A DNA stretch of 64,000 nucleotides. It comes from Sulfurospirillaceae bacterium (GTDB lineage Bacteria; Campylobacterota; Campylobacteria; Campylobacterales; Sulfurospirillaceae). The stretch covers positions 1-64,000 of the forward strand of contig JAWVXD010000011.1 of NCBI GenBank assembly GCA_033723415.1, in the 5' to 3' direction. Positions 38,101-48,216 of this stretch are shown piece by piece; the stretch's first letter is position 1; the number at the start of each line of letters is the position of its first letter. The position numbers and the translations under genes were made by a program. The notes beneath the pieces were generated by a model. It searched no databases, was not told the DNA's origin, and saw only the letters and a list, made by a program, of their open reading frames with translations.

Positions 38101-40156
38101 CGGTGTCGGTATAGATGATACAAGCTCAGCTACTCCGGCTCCTAAAAGTAATTATAAATTTATCATTGACACTAGAAATAATCAGACTTTGATCACCGTA
38201 TACAGAGACATTCATGATGGAAACGGTTATGTGCTTTTGCCAAACATGAATGAAGTAAACGCTACCCAAAACGCCTCGCCACCTGCAAACTTCAGATTTA
38301 GCTTAACAGGTTCTACAGGTGGATCTACAAATTATCACAGTATTGATGATTTAAATATAAGTGCTCTTAGTTGCGGTACTTTAGGGCAAATTCAAAATAA
38401 TAAGAACAATTATTTTGATGCTTGGGAAGTAGGTTCTGCTTACAATATAAGCAACCGTGTCATTAAAACAAAAATAGTAAAGAAAAATTTCACTCTCAAT
38501 GTAGTTGCTTTAAATGAGACAAATACTGATTACCAAGATTTTAACGGAACAGTCTGTGCCCGTGTCGTTGACAGCAGCAGTAACAAAATTCTTTCAGGTT
38601 GGGTAAAACTTTTATTCGATGCGTCACATCCTTATATAAATACTGCGACATTTAACTCAGATTATGCCAGTAGAGATGCGAGGATTGATCTTTCTTGGAA
38701 AAAAGGCGTTGACACTACTTGTCCTATAACAAACGAAGATAATTCTACGAGATCAACAGATAATTTTGCCATCCGTCCATCACATTTCACTTTTGATACA
38801 AATTCCACAACCTTATATGCAGGAGTTCCATTTAAATTGGACATAAATGCTACAAACAATAGTGGAAATAATAGTTTAGATTATAATGAAACAAACGGCA
38901 CATCATATAGTGTCGGCATTAATGATTCCAATGCGACTTGTCCTAGCGGGACTCTAAGCAATGTACCAAATCCTTTAAAATTTTCAGACGGATTAATTGC
39001 GTTAAATACCAAATACAGTGAAGTAGGTGATGTAAATATCACTATTAAAGAAAATTTGGGTAGTGAATTTGCCCTAGTAGATCAAAACGATACAAGCGCT
39101 ATAGACAGACTTATTCCGGCAACCAGTAAAACTATAACATTCAATCCTTACAAGTTTAGTATTATAAACTATAATTTTACAAGAAATCCTGATCAAGATT
39201 GGCGATATATGTCAGACGTAAAAGATGCAAATATAAGCTTGTCTTTTAAAGTTCAAGCTCAAAATGCAGATGGAGTGGTCACGAAAAAATTTGATTATCA
39301 ATGTTACAGTAAAGCAGTAGATGTCAAAATTGACTTAAACTCTACATCTAGTGATGGAAATGTCAGTTATTTTCAGTTGATAAACAACTCGTCTACTTAC
39401 GGAAATGATAAAAACTTAAGTGATTTTAACTTTAATGGCACGATAAATGATCAGAACTTTACGGAAGGAAATAGCTCAACAGTACAGTATGCACTAAATG
39501 TACATAGAGAGTATAATGTACCAAAAAATCCATTGACTATAAGCGGGGTCGATATAAACACAAGCTATCCAAGTGATTCAAATGTCATAAATCAAGGTCT
39601 TGTTCTGGATAACAATAACAGTCAATTTTATTATGGAAGATTGAGCGTTAATGACATAGACACAAATCAACACAGTGCAATATTTAATCAAAAGATAGAA
39701 GTATACTCAAGTGCCACAAATACGTATGTTAGCGGTTTTCATCAAGACAGTACCAATTGGTATCAAATGCAAAAAGATAATCTTACCGTGATGAATGCAC
39801 TTTTGCCCAAGGTTGATTTTACGCTAAATCTTGATAAAGTAGGTATTGATGATATAACTACGACCCAAAATACGCTTTTGGGAGTTGATAGTTTTACTAT
39901 CACAAATCATTGGACCAATGCTGATTCTGCATATATTCACATAAAAGTACCGACTTATCTTTGGTACAATCAATATAAAGCTTACAGTGATAACAATGCA
40001 AGCGATTGCTCAACTCACCCATGTTTTAGATACAATTTTTTCTTAAACCAAGGGACCTCAGGATTGATACAAAGCGGTGATTTTAACGGTACTGACATCG
40101 GATCTGATTACAATCAATCAACATACATAAAATCTGGCGTAAAAGTATTTAGATGA
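35183..40156 (+). CDS. Giant MshQ-like pilus-associated adhesin (beta-helix + LamG + L-type-lectin-like + DUF6701-like C-terminus); probable ATT start at 35183 (ORF track start 35252)
   Basis: Parallel beta-helix repeats; LamG (WHHVVLTRD, FHGSLDEVEIYNRVLS); MshQ-like GADGVSVILSDA...GGSLGYA...GLDEYGNF and FSLTGSTGGSTNYH; STDNFAIRP, YSEVG and FYYGR motifs; signal peptide encoded upstream of 35252. Confidence 0.75.
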   Translation: MKTNSLCKFLLILLIPVFGISSTLVVDNTPSGVFSCVNTSHPYNTIQGALNASRHGDTIEICSGTYNESLNINENDLTIKGVSGQAIDDVVINAGNNIGITLSKKNITLENFKLISTNNYGIYGDNHGKGDHVFRKLIIEAGNRGIYLTNGNKQTFEDLNITAGDIGIYTSYDVKGDHTYNNITINSKDNAIQADNGGLSFENLNLTSTNGMGIDIGNTSKDLLFQHIAISSKNEGIYTTSNVSGQKIFNDINISSQATGISVNGGKQVSLDYIDVNSSNNMGIYLAYNAWGNHTFNHIKVNSKSEAVYVANGGLSFQNMDLNSTTDRGLDIENTNNDLTIDNITIQSQKEGIYAPWDVNGNSILKNITINSLGSGISFARGFSSLSDANITSRARGVDTAAYRDMVIDNVDINTSSGTNYGILLNWGDSNAKITIQNSKISAGDDGIHTNNGYLNIDSVCINGAKRGIYIPWNVYNAVVKNTVIKNTTDVDLELSSSTGYPASITNNCFYGSALANSNSTVHYFDSNYWDGFSGTVYKSGNVVDNHPKATCTATGCGGSTSVAPLVDYWFDECSWSGVSGEVKDSSGNGYNATAMNGLDTNSSGKVYRGATFNGTDHYIYAQGIASYLQKTASLGFWIKTTQTGNNTDWLAPGISGIEQNGGTNDIFWGWLDATGHIHITKGNGNGAESTNPINDDLWHHVVLTRDSSTGQLQVYVDGNLNQTSFSDSGDVTTNFSSIGRIENTNSSILPKYFHGSLDEVEIYNRVLSASEIKTIYDNENVGKNYDGSTRVAPTCTALKECFSDNFNRTSLGDKWSIISTGTHPPDVTDNKLMLTKNIGNISSGVSLVGSFPSNNNIIQIEFEGNAYAGSGADGVSVILSDANTTPVAGGFGGSLGYAPKNEILGFAGAWLGFGLDEYGNFADDNDGNKGRGCTYRPTSRILDSLTIRGRGDSNRLNGYCFIANSGNLATSTGVGIDDTSSATPAPKSNYKFIIDTRNNQTLITVYRDIHDGNGYVLLPNMNEVNATQNASPPANFRFSLTGSTGGSTNYHSIDDLNISALSCGTLGQIQNNKNNYFDAWEVGSAYNISNRVIKTKIVKKNFTLNVVALNETNTDYQDFNGTVCARVVDSSSNKILSGWVKLLFDASHPYINTATFNSDYASRDARIDLSWKKGVDTTCPITNEDNSTRSTDNFAIRPSHFTFDTNSTTLYAGVPFKLDINATNNSGNNSLDYNETNGTSYSVGINDSNATCPSGTLSNVPNPLKFSDGLIALNTKYSEVGDVNITIKENLGSEFALVDQNDTSAIDRLIPATSKTITFNPYKFSIINYNFTRNPDQDWRYMSDVKDANISLSFKVQAQNADGVVTKKFDYQCYSKAVDVKIDLNSTSSDGNVSYFQLINNSSTYGNDKNLSDFNFNGTINDQNFTEGNSSTVQYALNVHREYNVPKNPLTISGVDINTSYPSDSNVINQGLVLDNNNSQFYYGRLSVNDIDTNQHSAIFNQKIEVYSSATNTYVSGFHQDSTNWYQMQKDNLTVMNALLPKVDFTLNLDKVGIDDITTTQNTLLGVDSFTITNHWTNADSAYIHIKVPTYLWYNQYKAYSDNNASDCSTHPCFRYNFFLNQGTSGLIQSGDFNGTDIGSDYNQSTYIKSGVKVFR

Positions 40157-40839
40157 TAAAAAATACAAGCAGTTATAAAGAGACTCTAAATACTCCAAGG
40201 CAAATGCGCTTTGGACTCTCTTTGATAGAGTTGATTTTTACTATCGTCATCATCGGTATCGTTTTTACCGTTATCCCTAAAATTATTTTATCTTTGAATA
40301 AAAGTGATAGTTTTGCGATCAGACAAGATGCTCTTTTTAACGGCATTTCTATGATGCAGATGATCTCTTCAATGCCGTGGGATGAAAATAATACGAATTC
40401 AAACGACATACTCCACGTAAGCTCAAGTGCAAATCAAATTTTTGACTGCAATAGCACTACACACTATAGAATAGGTGGTTTTATAGGTTCAAGAAATTGT
40501 GAAAACAACAAAGATGCAAGCTTTATAGCAGATTTTGCCGGGACAAACTACTTTTTGGCAAATAACATAGATGAGTTTAACAATCAAGATATAAATGCAA
40601 CATATTATAACCTTTTGATCGGCGTATATTATATAGATGACAATATAACTTACAGTGCCAATAAAGCGCAAATCGTTCAAAGCACTTTATCTGTGCCATA
40701 TACTACCAATCTAAAACGAATAGACATAAACATAACTTATAATGGAAAAAGAGGAGCACAAGGCAAACAGATCGCACAATTTTCATATGTATCTGCAAAT
40801 ATCGGATTGAAAACTTTAAGCAGGAGAGTGTGGAGATGA
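40153..40839 (+). CDS. Minor pilin/pseudopilin (MshD-like)
   Basis: Prepilin motif RFG/LSLIELIFTIVIIG; likely start at MRFG. Confidence 0.7.
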   Translation: MIKNTSSYKETLNTPRQMRFGLSLIELIFTIVIIGIVFTVIPKIILSLNKSDSFAIRQDALFNGISMMQMISSMPWDENNTNSNDILHVSSSANQIFDCNSTTHYRIGGFIGSRNCENNKDASFIADFAGTNYFLANNIDEFNNQDINATYYNLLIGVYYIDDNITYSANKAQIVQSTLSVPYTTNLKRIDINITYNGKRGAQGKQIAQFSYVSANIGLKTLSRRVWR

Positions 40840-41780
40840 AAAAAGCTTTTACACTCATAGAAGCGATCATAACCATAGTGATCATAGGAATCTTATCTGC
40901 GGGTACATTTGTTGCCATGAAGCATTTGTATGTAAAGGCTGCAAAATCAAAAGCGTTTAGCGACCTCTCAAGCGATTCTCAGATAATAGCCGATCAGGTA
41001 TCGTCTCTTTTATATCAAAGAGTTCCAAGTTCGGTTATAGGTTATAAGAGCGATGGAACTTATGGTTCAATTTACAACTTAGGTTCTACTTACAATATTA
41101 TCGAATGGATAGGATTATCCAGTGAAGGATTAAAGGCCGGATATTATAGTGGTTTTGTTGATCTAAATGCATCTAATAAAAACACTTTACAGATAGCTTC
41201 TTATGATATAAATACTACGGGATTGAACAATATTTTGGCAAAGAAATTTACCGGTGGAAACCTTAATGATCTCGCACTTGTCTTTGCCGGAAGTTTTGAT
41301 GATGGATCGCTCTCTTTGGCAAATGACTTCAATAACTCATTTGGCTGGCATAGCAGCGGTGCTCATCACCATTTAGTTTTTGATGTAACCTTAAATACAA
41401 ATGATATAACTTTGATACCCGATGCTAGCAGTACAAATATAGTGATATATGAAAAATACTATCTAGTCGATAGCGCTTATGCGATAGCTAGAGGCAAAGA
41501 TATAGATTTGAATGCAACGTGCATCACTGATCTAAATCAAAGTGATAACAGTGATACTCTATTTTTATTTTATGATTATCGCCCTTGGAAAAATCAAACA
41601 TTTTGTGCCGATCCCAAAGGCAACGGACAAAGCGGAAGCGTATCTATATTGTCAAAACATGTCACAGGATTTCAGGCAGGTTTGATAAACGGCAATCTTA
41701 AATTTAATCTTACATTGGAAAAACATATAAGAGGCAGTGACAACAATGTCAGTATCTCAAAACAAAAGGTAGTGTTTTGA
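40830..41780 (+). CDS. Minor pilin (MshO-like)
   Basis: MKKA/FTLIEAIITIVIIGIL N-methylation motif; RVPSS. Confidence 0.7.
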   Translation: MEMKKAFTLIEAIITIVIIGILSAGTFVAMKHLYVKAAKSKAFSDLSSDSQIIADQVSSLLYQRVPSSVIGYKSDGTYGSIYNLGSTYNIIEWIGLSSEGLKAGYYSGFVDLNASNKNTLQIASYDINTTGLNNILAKKFTGGNLNDLALVFAGSFDDGSLSLANDFNNSFGWHSSGAHHHLVFDVTLNTNDITLIPDASSTNIVIYEKYYLVDSAYAIARGKDIDLNATCITDLNQSDNSDTLFLFYDYRPWKNQTFCADPKGNGQSGSVSILSKHVTGFQAGLINGNLKFNLTLEKHIRGSDNNVSISKQKVVF

Positions 41781-42232
41781 AACGTTCAGGGTTTGGCTTG
41801 ATTCAAACTCTTTTGATTATAATCCTAGTAAGCGGTTTGTTGGTCGTAGCTATGAAATATGCCAAAATAACTATAAAACAAACAGGCGACATATATGCTA
41901 AAGAGAGTGCAGAACTTTTTATGAAGAGTGCTCTAGAGACTAGTTTATTAGCTATAAGCGGCTATCAAAGAAATGCTACGAACGGTTGCCTTAAAGAGAT
42001 CAATGTGACATCTGCCGATGATAGATTTTTTGCAGATATTAATATCTCAAAATACTATCTCCTAAACGGTAGTCAAGATTGCAATTATTGTGGAAGCTTA
42101 TGCAAACCTATCAGTACTGAAGAGTCCAGCGGCATGGTGATGCTTAAAGTGCATGTCATGACAAACCCAAAAAATCCTAAAAACAAAAACAAAAATATAT
42201 CACTATATATGAGGACCTTGCAAAAGCCATGA
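41777..42232 (+). CDS. Minor pilin lacking Glu5 (MshP/PilX-like)
   Basis: MKRSG/FGLIQTLLIIILV atypical prepilin N-terminus. Confidence 0.55.
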   Translation: MKRSGFGLIQTLLIIILVSGLLVVAMKYAKITIKQTGDIYAKESAELFMKSALETSLLAISGYQRNATNGCLKEINVTSADDRFFADINISKYYLLNGSQDCNYCGSLCKPISTEESSGMVMLKVHVMTNPKNPKNKNKNISLYMRTLQKP

Positions 42233-42705
42233 GAACTAACAAATATATTAAATCTGCTTTTACTATTGTCGAGCTTGTATTTGTTATCATACTAATCGGA
42301 ATATTAACAAGCATAGGAGTTAGTTTTTTACCTGATAATAAGCTTCTTAATGACACAAATTTTTTGGTCATGAAGATTAAAGAAAAACAAAGAAATGCGA
42401 TTGGTTACGATGCCGTAGGATTTGCTGATCCATGGAGCGTTGAAGATAACTCAACATGCGTGAATTTTAATACGGCAACTTTGGAAAATGAAGATAAAAA
42501 CTCTCAAAAACCATATAAGTTCACTTCTAATTTGAGTGTTGTGAACAGTACAAACAGTACAATATGTTTTGATGAGTTTGGCAGGCCATACCAATCAGGT
42601 TCACTCCTGAAAAATAGAATAGATGTCAATATTAGTCATAATATAAACAAATATAACATAATTTCAGTTGAGCCAATGAGCGGATATGTTATAATCAAAA
42701 ATTAA
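42229..42705 (+). CDS. Minor pilin (MshC/FimT-like)
   Basis: SA/FTIVELVFVIILIGIL; ICFDEFGRP; VEPMSGYV. Confidence 0.7.
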   Translation: MRTNKYIKSAFTIVELVFVIILIGILTSIGVSFLPDNKLLNDTNFLVMKIKEKQRNAIGYDAVGFADPWSVEDNSTCVNFNTATLENEDKNSQKPYKFTSNLSVVNSTNSTICFDEFGRPYQSGSLLKNRIDVNISHNINKYNIISVEPMSGYVIIKN

Positions 42706-42725
42706 AATCTAAGGTTAATTTTATA

Positions 42726-44222
42726 ATGGCAGAAAATAAATCAATTCAGTATATAAACCCGGTAGATTCATCCCTGATTTTATATGATGGCGGCAATTTT
42801 GTAAATACCCAAAAGAGACAAAATCTATATACTGTTTCCAGAATTTTATATGAATGTGTCATAATTTACAGTTTTAAAATCCCACTTTCTCAAGCTAACG
42901 ATGACCTAAATGCCCTTGCTGAAATCAAAATGTATGAGGAAGCAGGACTAGATGTAAATAAGAACTACAAGATAACATATATACTCAAAGAATTCAACTT
43001 TGATGACACTAATTTAGTTGAAGCCTTTGCCATTGATATTGATACATTGAAAGACAATTTCAAAGAACCTATAAAAAAAGTAAAATATATAGATTTTCTA
43101 GCTTTACCGTTCTTTGCATTTAGTACGTTTTATAAAAACAAAATATTAACAGCCAAAAATGATATATTTGTCTATATAGATGAAAATGAATCTTTTATGA
43201 GTTTTTATAAAAACGCTACATATATATCTACAAAGTCCTTGATCAACTTAGATGAGATAATAGACAAATTAAATGCACAAGATATTCATCTCAATATTGA
43301 CGAATTGTATGGTCTGCTTGAGAACAAAGGGTTGGACTCTGCCAATTATGCAAATGAGGAAGCTGATCTATTTAATTTTATGGAGTCTATATTTTCTGAT
43401 ATTTTGATGAAGATTCAAAATGTAGCTTTACATAACAGAAACGTTTTTGAATTTGAACAAATTGACAGAATATTTTTTAGTACAAAAAAAGGCAGGATCA
43501 AAGGTCTTAAAAATTTTGTTTTAAATTTTGGAATGAGCGATGTTGAAGTACTGGATTTTAATCTATTTAAAGAAAAACAAGAAGATAACTTTTTAGATAA
43601 AATCGTGGCTTCTTATGGAATGGACAAATTCAAAGAAAAATCTTCTGAGCAAAATGTAACTATCTTTGAACGTAGACCTTCTTTTTTGAAAACACAAGCC
43701 GGAAAGCTCATAACATCTGCCGCTGTTCTGCTGATTATTGTATTTAGTATATATTTTTATTTGAACAATTCTATTTTAAATTTAAAAAAAGAAGAGAGTC
43801 AGCTTTCGTCTAGATATAGCGCTTTACAACAAAGTGCAAATCAATATAAAGCACAAATAAGACAAAAAAACAATGAGATAATTAAAGTAAAAGCCGATAT
43901 ATCAAAACAAAAGTTGGTATTGGAGAACATAAAGGTCAGTATAGATAAACTTGAAAAGATGAGAGGGGTAGATAATTCTTACATCAGTTTCCTTGCAAAA
44001 GTAAATACTTTACTGCAAAGGTATGGTTTACATACAAAAAGTATAAAACAAATAGATAAAAAATATATGGATATAGAAGTTATTTCAAGCTACCAACATC
44101 GTGACAAGATAGCAAGTTTTTTAAGAGAGCTTATGCAGGAGGGCTTTTTAAACGTTAAAACAGATGAGATTAGGCTAAATGATAAAAATTATATAAGCAA
44201 AATAGGAATTGAGCGTGAATAA
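42726..44222 (+). CDS. Pilus alignment protein (MshI / PilM-PilN-like)
   Basis: Cytoplasmic domain, single TM segment, coiled coil and ferredoxin-like C-terminus; position in the operon. Confidence 0.5.
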   Translation: MAENKSIQYINPVDSSLILYDGGNFVNTQKRQNLYTVSRILYECVIIYSFKIPLSQANDDLNALAEIKMYEEAGLDVNKNYKITYILKEFNFDDTNLVEAFAIDIDTLKDNFKEPIKKVKYIDFLALPFFAFSTFYKNKILTAKNDIFVYIDENESFMSFYKNATYISTKSLINLDEIIDKLNAQDIHLNIDELYGLLENKGLDSANYANEEADLFNFMESIFSDILMKIQNVALHNRNVFEFEQIDRIFFSTKKGRIKGLKNFVLNFGMSDVEVLDFNLFKEKQEDNFLDKIVASYGMDKFKEKSSEQNVTIFERRPSFLKTQAGKLITSAAVLLIIVFSIYFYLNNSILNLKKEESQLSSRYSALQQSANQYKAQIRQKNNEIIKVKADISKQKLVLENIKVSIDKLEKMRGVDNSYISFLAKVNTLLQRYGLHTKSIKQIDKKYMDIEVISSYQHRDKIASFLRELMQEGFLNVKTDEIRLNDKNYISKIGIERE

Positions 44223-44823
44223 TTTAGAAAAATACCTAAACAATATAGATAAAAGACAAAAATATCTTATTTATTTTATGGTTTTTGGATTAATCATCTA
44301 TATCGCAGTTACTGTTATGACTCCTCTTGTAAATGAGCAAAATAATATAAAAGATCGTATAAGCAATTTACAGATCAAATTGGCTCAGAATTCATTGGCT
44401 AGATTAAAAAGAGAGCTTGGAGCAGCAAACAAAAACTTATTCAGCCTTACAACACAAAAAGAGAAACAAAAAGAGAAAATAGACTTTCTAATATCAGGAT
44501 TATACAAATTAAAATATGCATTTTACGATGATAAAGAATGGGCAAAAAGTATACAAGACATACTTCAAGATTCTCTAAAAAGAAATTTGAAAATTGATTA
44601 TGTAAAGAGTCTGGATGCCAAAAACTCCAAAAGCAAAAATATCTTGAAAAAGAAAAGAAGTCTGGAGATACAAGGAAGTGGAAATTATAGTGATATTGTT
44701 GCATTTATCTCATATATAGATAATTTAAACACACTTTTACAATTTACTAAAACAGATATTTATCTAAAAGACGATATCGTAAACTTTAAATTAAATATCG
44801 ATTTATATGGGATTGGATTATGA
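44209..44823 (+). CDS. Pilus assembly protein (MshJ/PilO-like)
   Basis: N-terminal TM, coiled coil, LEIQGSGNYSDIVAFISYID PilO-like motif. Confidence 0.6.
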   Translation: MSVNNLEKYLNNIDKRQKYLIYFMVFGLIIYIAVTVMTPLVNEQNNIKDRISNLQIKLAQNSLARLKRELGAANKNLFSLTTQKEKQKEKIDFLISGLYKLKYAFYDDKEWAKSIQDILQDSLKRNLKIDYVKSLDAKNSKSKNILKKKRSLEIQGSGNYSDIVAFISYIDNLNTLLQFTKTDIYLKDDIVNFKLNIDLYGIGL

Positions 44824-45221
44824 GGTATCTTTTAATTTTAACAATTTTACTATCATTCGTTTTTGGTGATAATCTATCTACAAGATTAGAGCATTTGATA
44901 CAAAACAAACATGAAAAGAAAGTTGTCTTTTTAAGTTATAATCCATTTCAAGTTAATAAAAAAGAAAAAAAAGCTGCAGAGAGTTACAGAGATATTACAC
45001 CTAAAAAACAAAATCATCCACTAGATTTTATTACGGTTATGAATAAAAAAGCTTTTATAAACGGCAGATGGTTCAAAGCAGGTGATATAGTAGCCGGATA
45101 TAAGATAGAAAAGATTTATCCAAATAAAATTTTAGTAAACAAAAAAGGTGTGAAAACCACTCTTGGTTTGGGAATAAAAGAAAATATTTTGAAAATAAGG
45201 GAAAATAAACATGAGAATTAG
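44820..45221 (+). CDS. MshK/CtsR-like exported protein
   Basis: Signal peptide, YNPF, AFINGRWFKAGDIVAGYKIEKI; directly upstream of the secretin. Confidence 0.6.
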   Translation: MRYLLILTILLSFVFGDNLSTRLEHLIQNKHEKKVVFLSYNPFQVNKKEKKAAESYRDITPKKQNHPLDFITVMNKKAFINGRWFKAGDIVAGYKIEKIYPNKILVNKKGVKTTLGLGIKENILKIRENKHEN

Positions 45222-46644
45222 ATTTTTATTGTTGGTTCTAGTCTTTTTGACTACATCTGCATTGGCAAATTGTGAAAATAAATTTTTCTCTTTTAGTGTA
45301 AAAGATAGTTCAAAAAGTAGTGTCAGTATTTTAGATGTTCTAGAAAATGTTACAGACGAATGTAAGATGACTATGATCTTCGAAGACGGTCTTGTTAGAA
45401 AAGAGCTCAATAAAAAACTAAACTATATCAATGTAAAAGATTTTTCGCTGAAAGAGCTTTTAAATCTTTTATTGAGTGATAGAAATCTATTTTATTCCCT
45501 TGATGAGAATCAGAAGATATTAAAGATCTCATATGTTAAAACAAAATCATTCTTTTTAGATTATGTAAGTTTCACAAAACGTACAAGCAGTACAAATAAA
45601 ACTATAAAAACAGGATCTTCAACAGGAAAAGGAGCAGAGGATTCAACTACTATGGATTTTACTTCAGATTTCCAGTTTTGGAGCAAAATAGAAGCTGAAG
45701 TAAATAATATACTAAATCGTGGAGAACCTGATAGCAAAGTGGCTTCAAAAGCGCTCATCAATCAAGATGCAGGCATGATCACTGTAACCGGAACAAAAAG
45801 ACAGCTTGATCGAGTTAGAAAATACATAAAAGACATCATGAAGAGGCTGCACAAAGAGATACTTATAGAAGCTAAGCTTATAGAAGTAAAATATACGGAT
45901 AGTAAAACCAACGGCATAGATTGGAGTAAGTTTCAACTCTCTCTTAACGGATCAAGTGATGCGTTGGCATCAAGAAGTGCAGGAATATCTACAAATGGAT
46001 TTGTTAAGCCAAACTATCTGATCGGATACAACTTTTCTATGGATGGATTGCTTAATTTTCTAAAAACGCAAGGCGATGTCAAAATCGTATCTAACCCAAA
46101 GGTCATGACACTAAACAATCAATCAGCCGTCATCAATGTAGGAACGGAAGTAAATTACAGATATGACAGCGGAAGTACCACGACGACTTCAAGCGGTGGT
46201 TCAGTGACTACGCCAAACTATACAGCTGATTCGACATTTGTAGGAGTTACTCTTGATATTACACCACAGGTGACAAATGACAACTTTATTATGCTAAAGA
46301 TCAATCCAACGGTTAGTGAGATAGATAAAGAACACATAGACAGCAACGGTGTTCCTTTTTTAGCTCCGGATATAAAGATAAAGCAGCTCTCATCTATAGT
46401 AAAAGTTAAAAATGGCAGCAAAGTTCTAATAGGCGGACTTATTAACAAAGACGAAAGTTTGACAAATACTAGTGTACCGTTTCTCTCATCTATACCTATA
46501 GTTGGAAAGGCTTTTAGAAGTGACGGCAAGGTTATAACAAACAGTGAGCTTATCATTGTGTTGATACCTCATATCATTGATGTAAATAAAAAACCTAATT
46601 TAAATGATTTTGATATAAACATAGATAGAAAATATAAAAAATGA
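45211..46644 (+). CDS. mshL: Secretin, MshL/CtsD type
   Basis: ILIEAKLIEV, GIDWSKF, VSNPKVMTLNNQSAVINVG, GVTLDITPQ, VPFLSSIPIVG, ELIIVLIP. Confidence 0.85.
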   Translation: MRIRFLLLVLVFLTTSALANCENKFFSFSVKDSSKSSVSILDVLENVTDECKMTMIFEDGLVRKELNKKLNYINVKDFSLKELLNLLLSDRNLFYSLDENQKILKISYVKTKSFFLDYVSFTKRTSSTNKTIKTGSSTGKGAEDSTTMDFTSDFQFWSKIEAEVNNILNRGEPDSKVASKALINQDAGMITVTGTKRQLDRVRKYIKDIMKRLHKEILIEAKLIEVKYTDSKTNGIDWSKFQLSLNGSSDALASRSAGISTNGFVKPNYLIGYNFSMDGLLNFLKTQGDVKIVSNPKVMTLNNQSAVINVGTEVNYRYDSGSTTTTSSGGSVTTPNYTADSTFVGVTLDITPQVTNDNFIMLKINPTVSEIDKEHIDSNGVPFLAPDIKIKQLSSIVKVKNGSKVLIGGLINKDESLTNTSVPFLSSIPIVGKAFRSDGKVITNSELIIVLIPHIIDVNKKPNLNDFDINIDRKYKK

Positions 46645-47438
46645 GAGATTTTACTGCAGCCAAAGAGCTATTTCGGGATGTTATTGATTCAAGATTATAT
46701 TTTGATAGCGTAAGCGCTGAAATAGCAAGATATAAGATTGAAAATTCTATAGAAGGAAGAGACGCTCCTTTGATATTTTTGATAGGTGATCCGGGTGTTG
46801 GTAAAAGTTATATCTTGAAACTCATAAGTTCAGAATTAGAGAAAAAATCATTAAGTATTTTTATAGACCATCCTTTTTTTGATAAAAGAGATTTATTAAA
46901 AATCCTTTATGAAGCAAAAGGTATGGAATTTGACAAAGATATAAATTTTAACGAACTTAAAGCAAATTTACTAAAAGAGTATAAAAATAGCCAGCATACT
47001 ATATTTATAGACGAAGCGCAGCTTTTAAATGAAGAGCAGTTTGAATTGATCAGAATTTTAAGCGACACAAAAGTATTTCAATTTGTACTATCAATGCATA
47101 AAGAAGAGGGAAGTGCAATATTGGAGAAAAAGCACTTCAAGTCAAGAACAAAGGCTGTAGTAGAGTATGGTAAATTGCATCATGATGAGGTTTTGAGATA
47201 TATACAAAGTACATTGTTCTTGATAAATCAAGGTGAGATAGCAAATATGTTTTCAAAAAAGCATTCCCTAAAGATAACAAGATATTGCAATGGAAATTTT
47301 AGAACAGTTAAAAAGTTCCTATATACTCTCATCACTCTTTTGGAGTATGCAAAGCAAAACGGTCTTAGAAAATATGATAGAATAAATAACTTTTTGTTAA
47401 AGATGAGTGCCTTGGAAATAGGGGTGATTCATGACTAA
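46641..47438 (+). CDS. ExeA/MshM/CtsP-like AAA ATPase
   Basis: Walker A GDPGVGKS, Walker B IFIDEAQ, GNFR. Confidence 0.8.
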   Translation: MRDFTAAKELFRDVIDSRLYFDSVSAEIARYKIENSIEGRDAPLIFLIGDPGVGKSYILKLISSELEKKSLSIFIDHPFFDKRDLLKILYEAKGMEFDKDINFNELKANLLKEYKNSQHTIFIDEAQLLNEEQFELIRILSDTKVFQFVLSMHKEEGSAILEKKHFKSRTKAVVEYGKLHHDEVLRYIQSTLFLINQGEIANMFSKKHSLKITRYCNGNFRTVKKFLYTLITLLEYAKQNGLRKYDRINNFLLKMSALEIGVIHD

Positions 47439-48216
47439 TAGAGCATTTGAAGATTTAGAAAGAAGATGCACTGCTCTAAATAGAAAAATATTTTTAAAAT
47501 GGTTTTTATTGATATTTATAATTTTAGCTCTTATAGGTTTTGGATTATTTGAGTTTTTCTTTGTCAGTGCAACACAGATAAGTCATGTAGTCCCCTTAAA
47601 AAAAGTGGAAAATAATGTTTCAAAGATCAAAAGGGTTATACCAAAACTTAAGGTCGTAGCTAAGAAAATCGACACAAATAAAACAATACTCAAAAAAGAA
47701 GAGAGTAATATAACTGTAAAGCCCCAAGACTATAAGACGCTTTTGTTGAAACCGAACATAGTAATTCCAAAGATAAATCAAAAAATACAAGAAGTGAATA
47801 CAACTATCAAAAAAGATAAAATTCAACCAAAAGTTACAGAAGTAAAGAAAGACAAGATAGTCGTACCTGATAAAAATATAAGCCTCAAACAAGCCGATAA
47901 AATACATATTTCGGTTACAACTATGCCAAGCGAAGAATCTTTGATCGAAACAAACAGTAAAGATGAAGATTTTGATTCTGCTTTTAAGCTTGCACAATAT
48001 TATTTTAAAAATCAAAAATATGAAAAAGCGATATTTTATTCTAAAAAGGCAAACCATTTTAATCCTACTTCAGCAAAGCCTTGGCTTGTATATGCAAGAG
48101 CCAAGATCAAAGAACATAAGAGGGATGAAGCCATAAAAGCGCTTGAAACATATCTTTCGTATTTTAGCTCAGACGATGTAGAAAACTTGTTGATCTCTAT
48201 AAAAGGCAAGAAATGA
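47431..48216 (+). CDS. CtsX/MshN-like membrane-anchored TPR protein
   Basis: N-terminal TM, low-complexity linker, C-terminal TPR (LAQYYF...AIFYSKKA...PWLVYARAK). Confidence 0.7.
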   Translation: MTNRAFEDLERRCTALNRKIFLKWFLLIFIILALIGFGLFEFFFVSATQISHVVPLKKVENNVSKIKRVIPKLKVVAKKIDTNKTILKKEESNITVKPQDYKTLLLKPNIVIPKINQKIQEVNTTIKKDKIQPKVTEVKKDKIVVPDKNISLKQADKIHISVTTMPSEESLIETNSKDEDFDSAFKLAQYYFKNQKYEKAIFYSKKANHFNPTSAKPWLVYARAKIKEHKRDEAIKALETYLSYFSSDDVENLLISIKGKK

